64,000 bases of DNA, from positions 11,019 to 75,018 of the forward strand of contig JAKAKW010000004.1 in assembly GCA_021824345.1 (NCBI GenBank), read 5' to 3'. The stretch comes from a bacterium. GTDB taxonomy: Bacteria; Patescibacteriota; Minisyncoccia; Phycocordibacterales; UBA9973. The position numbers were made by a program, and so were the translations under genes. The notes beneath the pieces were generated by a model. That model did no database searches. It had not been told where the DNA came from and saw only the letters and a list, made by a program, of their open reading frames with translations. Shown here in pieces: positions 38,759-48,864 of this stretch (the stretch's first letter is position 1; each line of letters starts with the position of its first letter).

Positions 38759-40114
38759 TCAATTGGAAGCGGGGTAATTTACCTTTACCGTTATCTCTGA
38801 CGCTCTTTCCGGGAAACTTTGCCGCCAGACCGGCTGGATAGACAAATCCGCGGAAGCCACGTGCGGATACTTGGACATTATTTGTTTAAAGTCGCTCTTG
38901 TTCCTTCCAAGAACGTCCGATATCAGTTTGTTTGAATCAAATTTGTACACCGCCGAAGGCGACCCGGAAAGAGAAAATGAAATGGTGCCGGCTGTGGCAA
39001 AGTCCACGCTTCCGGCATTGGCAAGAGAAAATGACAGATCCTTCAGATTTGAAATATTCACATCGCTCCCGTCGTAATCAGACATGGTTTTTTGCACGAT
39101 TTCTTTGGTGATTTCCGCTTCCGGAAACAGGAATCCGTACAATGTTCCGTGAAGGGTGTATGTTGCGGATCCCTGGCTGTCCGCAGGCTTCAGGTCTTCG
39201 CCCGTTTCCTCCAAGAAAACCGCGTCTTTCCATAATATGAATCCAGCCGGGATTTGCCCGCTCGCCTTCTTCAATAGGCTCGCCTTGAGCGAATCTTTCA
39301 TCTCCGCCAAGGCGGCGGATTTTTGTCCGTCGGAAATCGCAACGGAGGTTCCTTGGAAACCGCCGGATATTTGGCCTTTGGATCGGCCGTAAAATTTGTC
39401 ATATTTCGGACTTCCTTTGAATCCCACTATTTTGAAATCAAGCGGGGAACTGTTGTAATCGGCGCCCGGCATAGAAGCATGAATGCCCACTTCCACGCTG
39501 CCGGGAGCGCCTGCAGACAAGCCCGGAACTGTGATTTTTTTGTCCGTTTTATATATCTTGCCATTGGACCCTTCAAGGCGCGTGTTTACATCAAGAGTTT
39601 GAGGAGACGCGCTGTAATCGTTATAAATTAGCACGGTTCCCGCAGCCGGAACGGAAACCTGCTTTTCTTCACCTCCTTGGAGAACCTTGCTCTCGTCACC
39701 GGACAAGCTGACCAGGTCAAAGGAAAGTCCGGCGGCAGACTTATCTTTGGAAGCTGAGAAATTCCCGTTCAAGGAAAGAGTTTCCGTTTCAGGCTTTATG
39801 GTAATTTCAGCCTTGGAAAAAAGAAGCGAAACCGCGAAAAAAAGGAAAATCAGCGCAATTCCGGCCAGCAGCCAAAGCCCGTAGCGTGAACGCGCTTTTT
39901 TTCGGGAAGAAAAGCCGCGCTTCTTGAATTTCTTTTCGGTTTTTTCTATCTCGGGAATCCATTCCGGGGATATTTCCATCTCTTCCGGCTCTTCTTCCTC
40001 CGGAGGGCGGCGAAGCGGGGCGGCGGGGCGCTCCGGGCTAACGGAAACCCTGCCCGGCGTCATGCGCTGACTGCGTTTCCCTTTCGCCATATCTTCAAAA
40101 AATTTCTTTGGCAT
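38759..40114 (-). CDS. Membrane-anchored protein with large beta-rich extracytoplasmic region (baseplate-J-like, CPR type)
   Basis: One TM near aa 78-99; AAGTVLIYN..PQTL..TRL, VPG..PGSVEV motifs recalled from CPR proteins. Confidence 0.55.
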   Translation of the reverse strand: MPKKFFEDMAKGKRSQRMTPGRVSVSPERPAAPLRRPPEEEEPEEMEISPEWIPEIEKTEKKFKKRGFSSRKKARSRYGLWLLAGIALIFLFFAVSLLFSKAEITIKPETETLSLNGNFSASKDKSAAGLSFDLVSLSGDESKVLQGGEEKQVSVPAAGTVLIYNDYSASPQTLDVNTRLEGSNGKIYKTDKKITVPGLSAGAPGSVEVGIHASMPGADYNSSPLDFKIVGFKGSPKYDKFYGRSKGQISGGFQGTSVAISDGQKSAALAEMKDSLKASLLKKASGQIPAGFILWKDAVFLEETGEDLKPADSQGSATYTLHGTLYGFLFPEAEITKEIVQKTMSDYDGSDVNISNLKDLSFSLANAGSVDFATAGTISFSLSGSPSAVYKFDSNKLISDVLGRNKSDFKQIMSKYPHVASADLSIQPVWRQSFPERASEITVKVNYPASN

Positions 40115-40128
40115 AGTACTTTATTTTA

Positions 40129-41241
40129 TCAAACAAAACGGCGCAGATAAAGCGAGTGCAGCGCTTCCTTGCTGAAAAAAACGGTTTTGAACTTTGATTC
40201 AGACCAGTCATATTGATGCGATTGTTCCCTGCCTATAGCGCGCTGGAAAAATCCGCTGTATCTTGGATCGGTAACAACCACCACCGAGGATGGGGCGGCC
40301 ACGTCGTCGGAAATGTCGGACAACGCCCGCTCGAATTCGGAAAGCCAGGCATCACCGGCTCCCTTTAAGGCCGGCGCCATGCGCCTGCCGAGCAATCTTT
40401 CGGCGTGTCCTCGAACATGCAATGACACCAAGGAAGCCGCTTCTATGCGGGAAGAGCCGAAATTTCTGGCCAAATGTCGGGAAAGGAATCCGGAACCGAT
40501 GGGAAAAGACAGAAAACCGGAAAGTTCTCCTTTCTTTACCATGGATAAATCGGTTGTTTCTCCGCCGATTTCCACAAGAAGATAGTCGTTTTCAGAAAAC
40601 AAATCCCGGGTTGCCGAAAATGAGGCGAAACACGAGGACATGAATTTTAAGCTCGGATTGTGAAAATATCCATTTACCGCGCTTCTCATTTTTTCAAGGA
40701 TATCACTCGGAGCAGCGGAAATGTAAACTGAGACCTCGAGCTCTTTGGCTTTTTTGCCGAGAGGCGAAGCGGCCGCATAACCGTTCAACAAAGTTCTCAT
40801 GGTTTTGAGTTCGATCGGTTCCATTCCTTCTCCGGATCGGTTTCCGTATTCCGCCATATATCGGCTTTCCAAGAGCTCCGCTTCCTTGCGCAGAAGTTCA
40901 TCCGCCAATTTGGCGGTAAAGACGAAAGGAACATTCTTTGCCATTTTAATTTTTCGGATTTCAGAAACATACCATGGAGAAGAGAGAAGGCAAAAAATTT
41001 TGTCCGGGGCGGGCATGTGCAGGGCAAATACCTCGCCGAGGGCCGCCTTTAGGGAGCGAAGGGTGGCGGCAAGGAAGCGTTCAGGGTCTCCTTCTTCCAT
41101 GTCTATCGGCTCTCGAACGGAAAAAACATCTCTAGTGCCCGCTTCGCTTGATTCAAGAACCGAAGCTCCTATGAAAGAAGAATCTATATCCAATATCAGT
41201 ACCCTCTCCGTATCCTTTTTTTCCCGAGAAAAAATTCCCAT
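40129..41241 (-). CDS. FtsA/PilM-like actin-fold protein
   Basis: ILDIDSS and LVEIGGETTDL phosphate-loop-like motifs, FPIGS; ATG at 41241 follows TATAAT. Confidence 0.6.
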   Translation of the reverse strand: MGIFSREKKDTERVLILDIDSSFIGASVLESSEAGTRDVFSVREPIDMEEGDPERFLAATLRSLKAALGEVFALHMPAPDKIFCLLSSPWYVSEIRKIKMAKNVPFVFTAKLADELLRKEAELLESRYMAEYGNRSGEGMEPIELKTMRTLLNGYAAASPLGKKAKELEVSVYISAAPSDILEKMRSAVNGYFHNPSLKFMSSCFASFSATRDLFSENDYLLVEIGGETTDLSMVKKGELSGFLSFPIGSGFLSRHLARNFGSSRIEAASLVSLHVRGHAERLLGRRMAPALKGAGDAWLSEFERALSDISDDVAAPSSVVVVTDPRYSGFFQRAIGREQSHQYDWSESKFKTVFFSKEALHSLYLRRFV

Positions 41242-41267
41242 GGAAGTATTATACAACAGATGCACAG

Positions 41268-41382
41268 AGGCGGGCAATGAACACTGGTCGAAGGGGGTTT
41301 CGAGCGCGACGGCGAGAGAACTTCAGGGATTTTTTCAGCAGAAAAAATCCCGTACCCGGAGACCCGTGTTTATTGCCCGCCT
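41268..41382. mobile_element. MITE-like element with 17-bp terminal inverted repeats
   Basis: aggcgggcaatgaacac / gtgtttattgcccgcct (one G.T); inner stem gggatttttt..aaaaaatccc; abuts alaS stop. Confidence 0.55.
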
Positions 41383-43044
41383 TTAGGATTGTTGCGAAAG
41401 AGAAGCTTTTATGCGGCGCACTCCGGCAGAAACAGCTTCTTCTTTCAGTATCTTAAACACGCCCAGTTCTCCGGTGTTATCCGCATGGGGCCCGCCGCAG
41501 AATTCTTTTGAAATAATATTCCCTTCATTATCTTGAATGAAATACACGGAAACTACTTCAGGATATTTGGCGCCGAATTCCATTTCCGCTCCGAGCTTTT
41601 CGGCTTCGGCAAGGGGCATTTTCTTTCGTATCACCGACAATTTATTGCCAATTTGCTCATTCACCCATTCTTCCGTTTTTTTCTTTTCCTCATCCGTAAG
41701 CTTGTGATCGCATACGAAGTCCATGCGCAGGCGCTCATGGTTTATATTGCTGCCCCGTTGTTTTACGGACGGCCCCACCACGCGCTGGAGAGCGGCCAAA
41801 AGCAAGTGGTGCGCGGTGTGCAATTTTACGGTTTCCGGTTCATGGTCGGCCAACCCCCCTTTGAACATTCCGGCGGCGGCCGTCTGGGAAAGCTTTTGAT
41901 GTTCAGCCATTTTTCTATCGAATTCCTCCCGGTTGATTTTTTGCCCTTTCTCCGCAGCCAATTCCTCCGTAAGTTCTATCGGGAATCCGTAAGTGGTAAA
42001 GAGAATGAAAGGATCGGTCCCCTTTTCAAATTCTTTCATCCCCCTGGAGAGGGTTTCTCTGAATTTTTCTTCTTCTCTTTTTATTTCTCCCTTGTCATCA
42101 AGTTCATATACGCCTTCGTATACTTTCTTTATTTTCCGGATCAGATCCTCAAGCGGTTCATTGGAAAAGCGCACTGCCCGGCGGATCAGCCTGCGCACTA
42201 TATATCCCCTGCCGGTGTTGTCGGGCTTGGCGCCGTCCGAAATCATAAAAAGGGCCGCTTTCACGTGATCAGCGACAATTCTTTTCTCCTTGGTGTTTTC
42301 TTCAAAAAATACGTCCGTATCAAAAATGCTTTTTTTATTCTGTACCGTCGCCAGCAGGCGCTCAAAGCCCATGCCGGTATCTATCCCGAGAGTCTCAAGC
42401 TTTCGAAGGTTCGCCTCTCCCCGGTCAAGTTTTTCTCTTGATCCGTCGCAAAAGAATTCGTTAAAAACGATGTTCCATATTTCCACATCCTCACCGGAAG
42501 CGTTCTTGCAATAAACCTCCGTGGTCGGCCCGCACGGACCGTTATCTCCGGTTGGGCCCCAAAATACCGCATCCATGCCTTCTTCCCTTATGTCTCCAAC
42601 TCCGAGATCCTTCCAGTATTTTTTTGATTCTTCATCCTTCGGCACGGCATCAGACCCTTCAAAAACCGTTACGTAAGAAATGGCCAGGCCCAGCTCCTTT
42701 GTAATAAATTCATAAGCGTATTTTATGGCCTCCTTCTTGCCGTATCCTCCGAAGGAAAAATTTCCGAGCATTTCAAAAAAAGTAAGGTGCGTGTTGTCCC
42801 CCACCTCTTCTATGTCCGGCGTGCGAATGCACTTCTGCACCGTAACGGTATTTTTGCCTCCAAAATCACGAACGGCGTTATTCGGAGCGGTATAGTACGG
42901 CTTGAACTGCTGCATGCCGGCGGTAGTAAAAAGAACCGTCGGATCATTCTCCGGCACCAAGGAAGAAGAAGCCACCTTTTTGTGGCCGTTCTTTTCAAAA
43001 TATTCCAGAAATTTTTTCCTAAGTTCTCTTGAATCCATATCCAT
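41383..43044 (-). CDS. alaS: Alanine--tRNA ligase (short form)
   Basis: LFTTAGMQQFK, TFFEMLGNFSFG, IDTGMGFER, HTAHHLL, EFCGGPH. Confidence 0.95.
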   Translation of the reverse strand: MDMDSRELRKKFLEYFEKNGHKKVASSSLVPENDPTVLFTTAGMQQFKPYYTAPNNAVRDFGGKNTVTVQKCIRTPDIEEVGDNTHLTFFEMLGNFSFGGYGKKEAIKYAYEFITKELGLAISYVTVFEGSDAVPKDEESKKYWKDLGVGDIREEGMDAVFWGPTGDNGPCGPTTEVYCKNASGEDVEIWNIVFNEFFCDGSREKLDRGEANLRKLETLGIDTGMGFERLLATVQNKKSIFDTDVFFEENTKEKRIVADHVKAALFMISDGAKPDNTGRGYIVRRLIRRAVRFSNEPLEDLIRKIKKVYEGVYELDDKGEIKREEEKFRETLSRGMKEFEKGTDPFILFTTYGFPIELTEELAAEKGQKINREEFDRKMAEHQKLSQTAAAGMFKGGLADHEPETVKLHTAHHLLLAALQRVVGPSVKQRGSNINHERLRMDFVCDHKLTDEEKKKTEEWVNEQIGNKLSVIRKKMPLAEAEKLGAEMEFGAKYPEVVSVYFIQDNEGNIISKEFCGGPHADNTGELGVFKILKEEAVSAGVRRIKASLSQQS

Positions 43045-43536
43045 TCAACTGTCTCCGCCGTCCCTGATAACTCGGCTGGAATCTCTGTTGTCTATCCTTC
43101 TGCGAAGCGGTTTCTCAAGCATGTTTATTATAATAATTACCAAGAGCACCAGCACGGTGGAAATAGAGGCAAGAATTAAAAGTCCGAAGCCGGCCGCTGT
43201 GCCAATGCCGGCCGTGACCCAAAGCCCGCCGGCGGTCGTCAGACCGGACAGTTTACCGCCGTGCACAATGATCGTTCCGGCTCCAAGAAAGCCTATACCC
43301 ACCACTATCTGCGACGCTATCTTGGACGGATCAAGACTTGAGACCCCCGCATATTTTTGAGTAAGAATTTCGGAAACGATCACGAAAAGAGCGGAACCCA
43401 TTGCCACCATGGCGTGCGTACCCATGCCGGCTTCTTTATGGGCAAAAACCCGTTCCGCGCCGATAAGCATTCCAAGGAGAAGAGCCACTACCAATCTCCA
43501 TATTATCCCGCCGTTTTGTATAAGAAAATCTTGCAT
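43045..43536 (-). CDS. MgtC/SapB family membrane protein
   Basis: IGAER..AG..TH, IVVGIGFLGAGTI, GLTTA..W. Confidence 0.9.
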   Translation of the reverse strand: MQDFLIQNGGIIWRLVVALLLGMLIGAERVFAHKEAGMGTHAMVAMGSALFVIVSEILTQKYAGVSSLDPSKIASQIVVGIGFLGAGTIIVHGGKLSGLTTAGGLWVTAGIGTAAGFGLLILASISTVLVLLVIIIINMLEKPLRRRIDNRDSSRVIRDGGDS

Positions 43537-43543
43537 TTAATGA

Positions 43544-44590
43544 TTATACGATAACGCCTCCGCCCATGCAAACATCTCCGTCATATATAACGCAGGATTG
43601 TCCCGATGCGAATGCCGCTTCCTTATCAAGCAAAATACAGGCGGTTCCGCGCTTATGGACGGCCGCTTTGCACGGCAGAAATTCCCCATGATACCTGATC
43701 TGGGCTGAATATTTTTTTTCTTTCTTGGGGGTTTGGAAAATCCAATTTACATCGCGCAAATAAATATTTTTCCCCGACGGTTTTTTTTGAGAAGATACCG
43801 TCAGGGTATTTTTTTTAGCGTTCTTTCCTATAACATAATATCTTCCGTCATCCGGGCTTTTCTCGGTAATGACAAACCCGTGACGTTCCCCCAGCGTATA
43901 TAAATTGGCTCCTTTATGCCAGCCGATTGTTTTCCCCTCTTCATTCAGCACCTTGCCTTTTTGGGGCTTAATGTAATGTTCCAAAAATTTTTTCAAATCC
44001 ACTTCGCCCAAGAAGCAAATGCCTTGGCTGTCCTTCTTATCCGCCACCGGCAAATTAAATTTTTTCGCCAAAGCGCGCACCTCCGATTTTTTCATTTCTC
44101 CCACCGGAAACAAAATTTTTGAAAGCTGTTTTTTCGTCAGCGTCCAAAGAAAATAACTTTGGTCCTTTGCCGGGTCTGCGCCTTTTTTCAGATTCCCATT
44201 TTCATTTATGGCATAATGCCCGGTTGCCACGCGGTCCGCTCCCATGGAAACGGCCTTGTTTAGAAATGCGCCGAATTTCACTTCTTTATTGCACATTACG
44301 TCCGGGTTCGGGGTCCGGCCGGCCCGGTATTCCCGAATCATATAGTCTGCTACCGCCTTTTTGTATTCACTCTCAAAATCAAAGGTAAGGAAAGGAATGC
44401 CCAGGCGCGCCGCGACGCGCATGGCATCGCGGCGCTCTTCCTCTTCCGTGCAGGGAAGAAAATCAGGATGCCAGGTGCGCATAAATACTCCCGCCACCTC
44501 ATATCCCTGTCTTTTGAGCAAAGCGGCGCTAAGCGCCGAGTCCACTCCGCCTGAAAGGCCGACAAATACGGTTTTGCCGTTCTTTTTCAT
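43544..44590 (-). CDS. mnmA: tRNA 2-thiouridylase MnmA
   Basis: SGGVDS, GRTPNPDVMCN, ATGHY, KDQSYFL, DSQGICF. Confidence 0.96.
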   Translation of the reverse strand: MKKNGKTVFVGLSGGVDSALSAALLKRQGYEVAGVFMRTWHPDFLPCTEEEERRDAMRVAARLGIPFLTFDFESEYKKAVADYMIREYRAGRTPNPDVMCNKEVKFGAFLNKAVSMGADRVATGHYAINENGNLKKGADPAKDQSYFLWTLTKKQLSKILFPVGEMKKSEVRALAKKFNLPVADKKDSQGICFLGEVDLKKFLEHYIKPQKGKVLNEEGKTIGWHKGANLYTLGERHGFVITEKSPDDGRYYVIGKNAKKNTLTVSSQKKPSGKNIYLRDVNWIFQTPKKEKKYSAQIRYHGEFLPCKAAVHKRGTACILLDKEAAFASGQSCVIYDGDVCMGGGVIV

Positions 44591-44637
44591 AAAGAAATAC
44601 TATATCATTTTTATCTAATCGGAAAAGCCTAAGGAAG

Positions 44638-44656
44638 GCGGAGGGGCACCCTCCGC
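44638..44656. repeat. Palindrome family A copy
   Basis: gcggaggg-gca-ccctccgc directly after the exonuclease stop. Confidence 0.75.
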
Positions 44657-44659
44657 TTT

Positions 44660-45208
44660 TTATAACTCCATTAGCTTCTTATAAAGTTCAAAGGTGGCCC
44701 TGGCGTCGGAAAGAGCAGTGTGAGCGTTCTTATTTTCAATGCCGAATTCTTCGCAAAGGCTGCGAAGGGAAAAATGATTAATGTCCTCCCGTCCGTGCAG
44801 CTTGGCAAAAGCGATGGAAATGGTGTCCAGCTTATGGTAATGCATTTTGTTTTCCACTCCGGCGGAGCGAAAGGCCTTTTCCAAAAACATGTAATCGAAA
44901 GCGATATTGTGGGAAACCATGATGGCATCCTTTGTCTTATTGGAAAGAATTTTCATGGCCTCCGGCAAGCTGTATGCGAATACCCAGTCGGCAGGGTCAT
45001 ACTTGTTTACCCGCAAAGACACCGGATCGGCGTCTTTAATCCGTTCCGGCTTTATCTTCAGTTCAAATTCTTCGGTTGTTTCAAAAACAGGATGTTCTTT
45101 TGTCCAATCCTGGCTTACTAGAACCACTCCGACAGAAATCAGTTCATGCCTGTCGGGATCCAGGCCGGTTGACTCGGTATCAATAAAAGCCAAGACATGC
45201 TTCTTCAT
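44660..45208 (-). CDS. DEDDh 3'-5' exonuclease (DnaQ-like)
   Basis: DTESTG, HNIAFD, HTALSDA. Confidence 0.9.
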   Translation of the reverse strand: MKKHVLAFIDTESTGLDPDRHELISVGVVLVSQDWTKEHPVFETTEEFELKIKPERIKDADPVSLRVNKYDPADWVFAYSLPEAMKILSNKTKDAIMVSHNIAFDYMFLEKAFRSAGVENKMHYHKLDTISIAFAKLHGREDINHFSLRSLCEEFGIENKNAHTALSDARATFELYKKLMEL

Positions 45209-45268
45209 ATTATTGCATTGTACCACAACAGGCAGAGAGGCGTGATCTGTTCCGGAACCGGCGCGCTT

Positions 45269-46189
45269 TTATTTGAGATATTTTCTTATATTCGCCTCGT
45301 GTTCGGAAAAAGTGGCGGCAAAATGCGCTATCCCTTCTTTGTCGTGCAAATAGTAAAGATACGGGGAGCTCTCCGGATAAATGGCATCCTTTATGGATCC
45401 CAATCCCGGATTCCCTATCGGTTCGGAAGGCAAGCCTTTCCTCTTGTACGTACCCGGCGCCACATCCGCCTGCAAAGGCATGCCCATTGAAAGGCGTTTC
45501 CAAAGAATGCCGGAAATTATCGGCCTGTCTTCTTTTCCTTTGGCTTCTTTCTCCAAAAGCGATGCCATTATGATTATATCTCCCTCCGAATGCCCGGAAG
45601 ATTTAATGGCGGGAAGCAGCGAACTTATCCGTTTTGAAAAATTTTCCTCCATCGCCCTCAGTACGTCTTCTTCGGTATCCGGACTGAAAAAAAAGTATGT
45701 GTCCGGAAAAAGATATCCTTCTTTATCGGAGGCTTCTGCCAAAAATTTTGTCTTGTCAAAATTTGGAAGCTTGGCGGAAAAAATTTCCGCAATCTGTTTA
45801 AGATTCGTGCCTTCAGGAATCGTGATTTTTTCCGGAACAAGATGCCTGTCCCCCATGGCCAGCCGCAGGCTGATGTTATAAACCGGAGTCTTTCTGTCAA
45901 ACAGATAATACCCATCCTTGATGCGTCGATCCCCTCCGGATAGAGTAACAAAAAATTCAAAGGCGGAGCGCGAACGGATCAGATGAAGATCATAAAGATC
46001 GGCGGATATTTTTTCCAGAGAGCTCCCTTCTGCCACCTTGTAAAGAGTGTTGGGCGGAAAATTATCAGGCGCGGGAAAAACAAAAAAGAAAAGCCATGCA
46101 AAAACAGCCGCCGCCGCGGGCAAAACCCAAAAAACCGGCCGGCGGACGGTTTTTAGGAATTTTCCAAAAAAAGAAGCGGAACTTTCCAT
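45269..46189 (-). CDS. mltG: Endolytic transglycosylase MltG
   Basis: TIPEG, EGYLFPDTY, ASLLEKE, LQAD, GLP..PIGNPG. Confidence 0.92.
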   Translation of the reverse strand: MESSASFFGKFLKTVRRPVFWVLPAAAAVFAWLFFFVFPAPDNFPPNTLYKVAEGSSLEKISADLYDLHLIRSRSAFEFFVTLSGGDRRIKDGYYLFDRKTPVYNISLRLAMGDRHLVPEKITIPEGTNLKQIAEIFSAKLPNFDKTKFLAEASDKEGYLFPDTYFFFSPDTEEDVLRAMEENFSKRISSLLPAIKSSGHSEGDIIIMASLLEKEAKGKEDRPIISGILWKRLSMGMPLQADVAPGTYKRKGLPSEPIGNPGLGSIKDAIYPESSPYLYYLHDKEGIAHFAATFSEHEANIRKYLK

Positions 46190-46195
46190 AAGTTA

Positions 46196-47623
46196 TTAAA
46201 TAGGCAGATTCGGAGGAGGCGAAGCTTCTTTCGATTCGATGCGTTCGAGAGTGGGCACCCGAAGAATTCGGCCCGGGAAATGCCACAGAGTGGCCAGCTC
46301 TTCGGTATTCATTACCATGGTGTGATGGTGAAAGAAGTTAGGGAATACCAAAGGAGAAATCGGCCAGGGAAGCTTTATCCTATGGCGCATCGGGGGGTGA
46401 AAAAATTCCCTCTCGCGGTATTCCTGGAGCATGCGGTCAGCCAAGCGCAATATTTTCTTTTGAGAAAGAGGAAAGAAGCTGGCAATTTTATTCACCCCGA
46501 AGGCATCCGCTTGAGTCGAATTAAAGCGCCAAAGCTGATTGGACATAGGAGCCGCGTACTGCCGCCAAATGAGGCGAAGATTTCGGCGATGCCCCATATC
46601 GAAGTTTTCTTTCTTTGCGACATAAATCACTCTTATGCCCGTATCAAAACCGACTTTCATCATTTTTTTTGAAGCGCTTTTGGTGGATTCGCCCAAGAAA
46701 TCCGGGGGGCGTATTTCTTTTCCAAAACCTCCGGCCGGATCACCCGGGGCCCTGGCTCTCGAACCCGTAAATTCCTTTAGAAGCTCTCTGATCGTCAACT
46801 CGCTTTCTTTGACCCAATCATGCCACTTAAACCATTTTTCTCCGGTTCTGAATTTCTTTTTGGACGGCGTAATAACTATTTGTGACCACATTTGTTCTCC
46901 CTTGCCTAAAGAGCCGAAAAGTTCTATGACCGGAGCAATAGGATCCACCTTCTCTTCTTCTTTCGGATTCTTGTCCAGTCCGAAATCCACATACGTCTTA
47001 ATCGGAAACGCGTCCGGTTCCTTGTATTTAAATTCGCATCCCCACAAGTTCCACTTGCTGTCCGGAGTAATCTTGTCCACCGCAAGGGTATAATCTTCCA
47101 CTTCCCTGATCTGAGCTTGGGGATATTGGGAATACATCTCCACTTCTATCAGTTCTTTTACTCGAGACGGCGCGTGAATGTAAAAATGCACTTGCCCTTC
47201 TATGGAAGCGATTTCAAGGGAAAACCAAAACCATACCGCTCCCTGCCAATATGTCTCCAATCCGGATTTCTCGCTCCAGTGATATAGGGCATTCGTCAGA
47301 AAAAGTTCCATTGCTTGAGGAGATCGGAGAACTTCCCGCGGGGGTATTATTTCAAGCGTCACCCAAGTAATGCCGGAAATGAAGCGAGCCTGCACATAGT
47401 GCAGCCAGAACATGTGGGCGGTGTAGACCAAAACAATGGCGGCCGCCACCGGCAAAAGAGTGAGCAGCCCCTTGTACAAATAATAGAATACGAAGCTTAT
47501 TACATTGGCGTCGCTGGATAACACCACCGCCAGTGATGGAAAAATAGAGGACAAAAACAAGTAAGCCAGAAGCGCGACAATTAAAACCTCAAACCATTTG
47601 AACGGCTTTTGCTCGTGTTCCAT
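46196..47623 (-). CDS. CPR-type membrane protein resembling the N-terminal module of VirD4-like ATPases
   Basis: Two N-terminal TMs; FSLEIAS, YSQYP..I.EVEDY, ELATLWHFP, PPPNLP ending. Confidence 0.6.
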   Translation of the reverse strand: MEHEQKPFKWFEVLIVALLAYLFLSSIFPSLAVVLSSDANVISFVFYYLYKGLLTLLPVAAAIVLVYTAHMFWLHYVQARFISGITWVTLEIIPPREVLRSPQAMELFLTNALYHWSEKSGLETYWQGAVWFWFSLEIASIEGQVHFYIHAPSRVKELIEVEMYSQYPQAQIREVEDYTLAVDKITPDSKWNLWGCEFKYKEPDAFPIKTYVDFGLDKNPKEEEKVDPIAPVIELFGSLGKGEQMWSQIVITPSKKKFRTGEKWFKWHDWVKESELTIRELLKEFTGSRARAPGDPAGGFGKEIRPPDFLGESTKSASKKMMKVGFDTGIRVIYVAKKENFDMGHRRNLRLIWRQYAAPMSNQLWRFNSTQADAFGVNKIASFFPLSQKKILRLADRMLQEYREREFFHPPMRHRIKLPWPISPLVFPNFFHHHTMVMNTEELATLWHFPGRILRVPTLERIESKEASPPPNLPI

Positions 47624-47685
47624 GCTTGTATTTTAATATATATGGCCGATAAAGAAAAGCGCAAACGGAAAAAGCTCTAAAATAT

Positions 47686-47728
47686 GGGAGTAAAAAGTGG
47701 GAGGCAAGGCCTCCCACTTTTTACTCTC
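47686..47728. repeat. Hairpin containing palindrome family B unit (47697-47717)
   Basis: gggagtaaaaa-gtgggaggcaaggcctcccac-tttttactctc. Confidence 0.85.
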
Positions 47729-47766
47729 GCTTGCCTCCCGCTTTTGAACCAAGCGCTTTTGAGTAT

Positions 47767-48795
47767 TTACGCCAAAGAATAAAGCCCCGCCTTCGTCCGC
47801 TTGAAATATTTTGAATTCACCAGATTTACCAAAATAGTGTTCCGTTTGAAATAGCGCTCTTTCATTACCCGTTCTATTATGTCTTCCTTGGAAAGAGGGC
47901 CTTCTTTCTTTAAGATGTCGCGTATAACTTCCCGGGCAATGCCGGCCTTGTATCCCCATTCAGCCAGAGCATACAGCCCTCTGCCCACCAATACGAATCG
48001 GGGGTCCTTGATCAATTCATTGTGGCAAGTGGCATAATGAGTCTTCTTTCCGAACTGCTTGGTAATGGCATCCGCCACTTCACGAAAATGCATAGGCGAA
48101 CCGTGCTTGCGCATAATGAGGTACGCGTAATCCTTCACTCCGCGGGTGCGGATATTGTGCGAAGTATATTTTCCCCATTCGCCCAGCGGATTCTTGGCTA
48201 TGGTCTTGGATATCGCGAGCCATCTCTTGGCGATTTCCTCATCGCGGTAACTGTCGGAAATATCCTTCATGCGTTCCAGGAATTTTTTTACCATCTCGCT
48301 TTCGGGAATAATATCTTCGTCATTCAAACTGGCATAAAGATTCTTCAGAGCCTCGTGCACCTTGTCCGCCATTTTGTCGTCCACGCTCCAGCGCGACTTG
48401 AAATGGTGATCTTCGGAATGTTTTTTAAAGTAGTCTCCAAGCTCCAAGAAAAACTGGACGTGGTTCTGCACCGACTTGTCCTTGGAAATATGATGCAGAA
48501 GATCGTGCTCCGAAACAATGGCTCCCAGGGAATGGATAAGCTCTTTCAGTTCATCAAAAACCTCCACTTCCTCTTTGAAAGCGTCGGATTTCTTTATCAT
48601 ATTCAAAGCCACATTCTCTATTTGGCGCACCCGCTCCCGGGTAATCCCGTATTTTTTCCCTATCTCTTCAAGAGTTTTCTTTTTGGCATCTGAAGTCAGG
48701 CCGTAACGATTCAAGATTACGTCCTTAACGCGATCTCCCAGATGTGAAGTTATTTTCTTTGTAACTTGCTTGGGTTTGAAAGATATATTTGACAT
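47767..48795 (-). CDS. Sigma-70 region 4 plus HARE-HTH-like domain protein
   Basis: RYGL..TLEEIG..YGITRERVRQIE; PMHFREV..HNELI..RFVLVGRGLYAL. Confidence 0.75.
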   Translation of the reverse strand: MSNISFKPKQVTKKITSHLGDRVKDVILNRYGLTSDAKKKTLEEIGKKYGITRERVRQIENVALNMIKKSDAFKEEVEVFDELKELIHSLGAIVSEHDLLHHISKDKSVQNHVQFFLELGDYFKKHSEDHHFKSRWSVDDKMADKVHEALKNLYASLNDEDIIPESEMVKKFLERMKDISDSYRDEEIAKRWLAISKTIAKNPLGEWGKYTSHNIRTRGVKDYAYLIMRKHGSPMHFREVADAITKQFGKKTHYATCHNELIKDPRFVLVGRGLYALAEWGYKAGIAREVIRDILKKEGPLSKEDIIERVMKERYFKRNTILVNLVNSKYFKRTKAGLYSLA

Positions 48796-48864
48796 AAAAT
48801 TGCTCAAAAAAGATATGCGTGTTTGTATATTTTATACGTTTCCCGGGCGCTTGTCAAACAAGGT

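Noticed and set aside
47767-48795. Primary sigma factor rpoD
   Set aside because: Only a region-4-like HTH at the N-terminus; no region 2.
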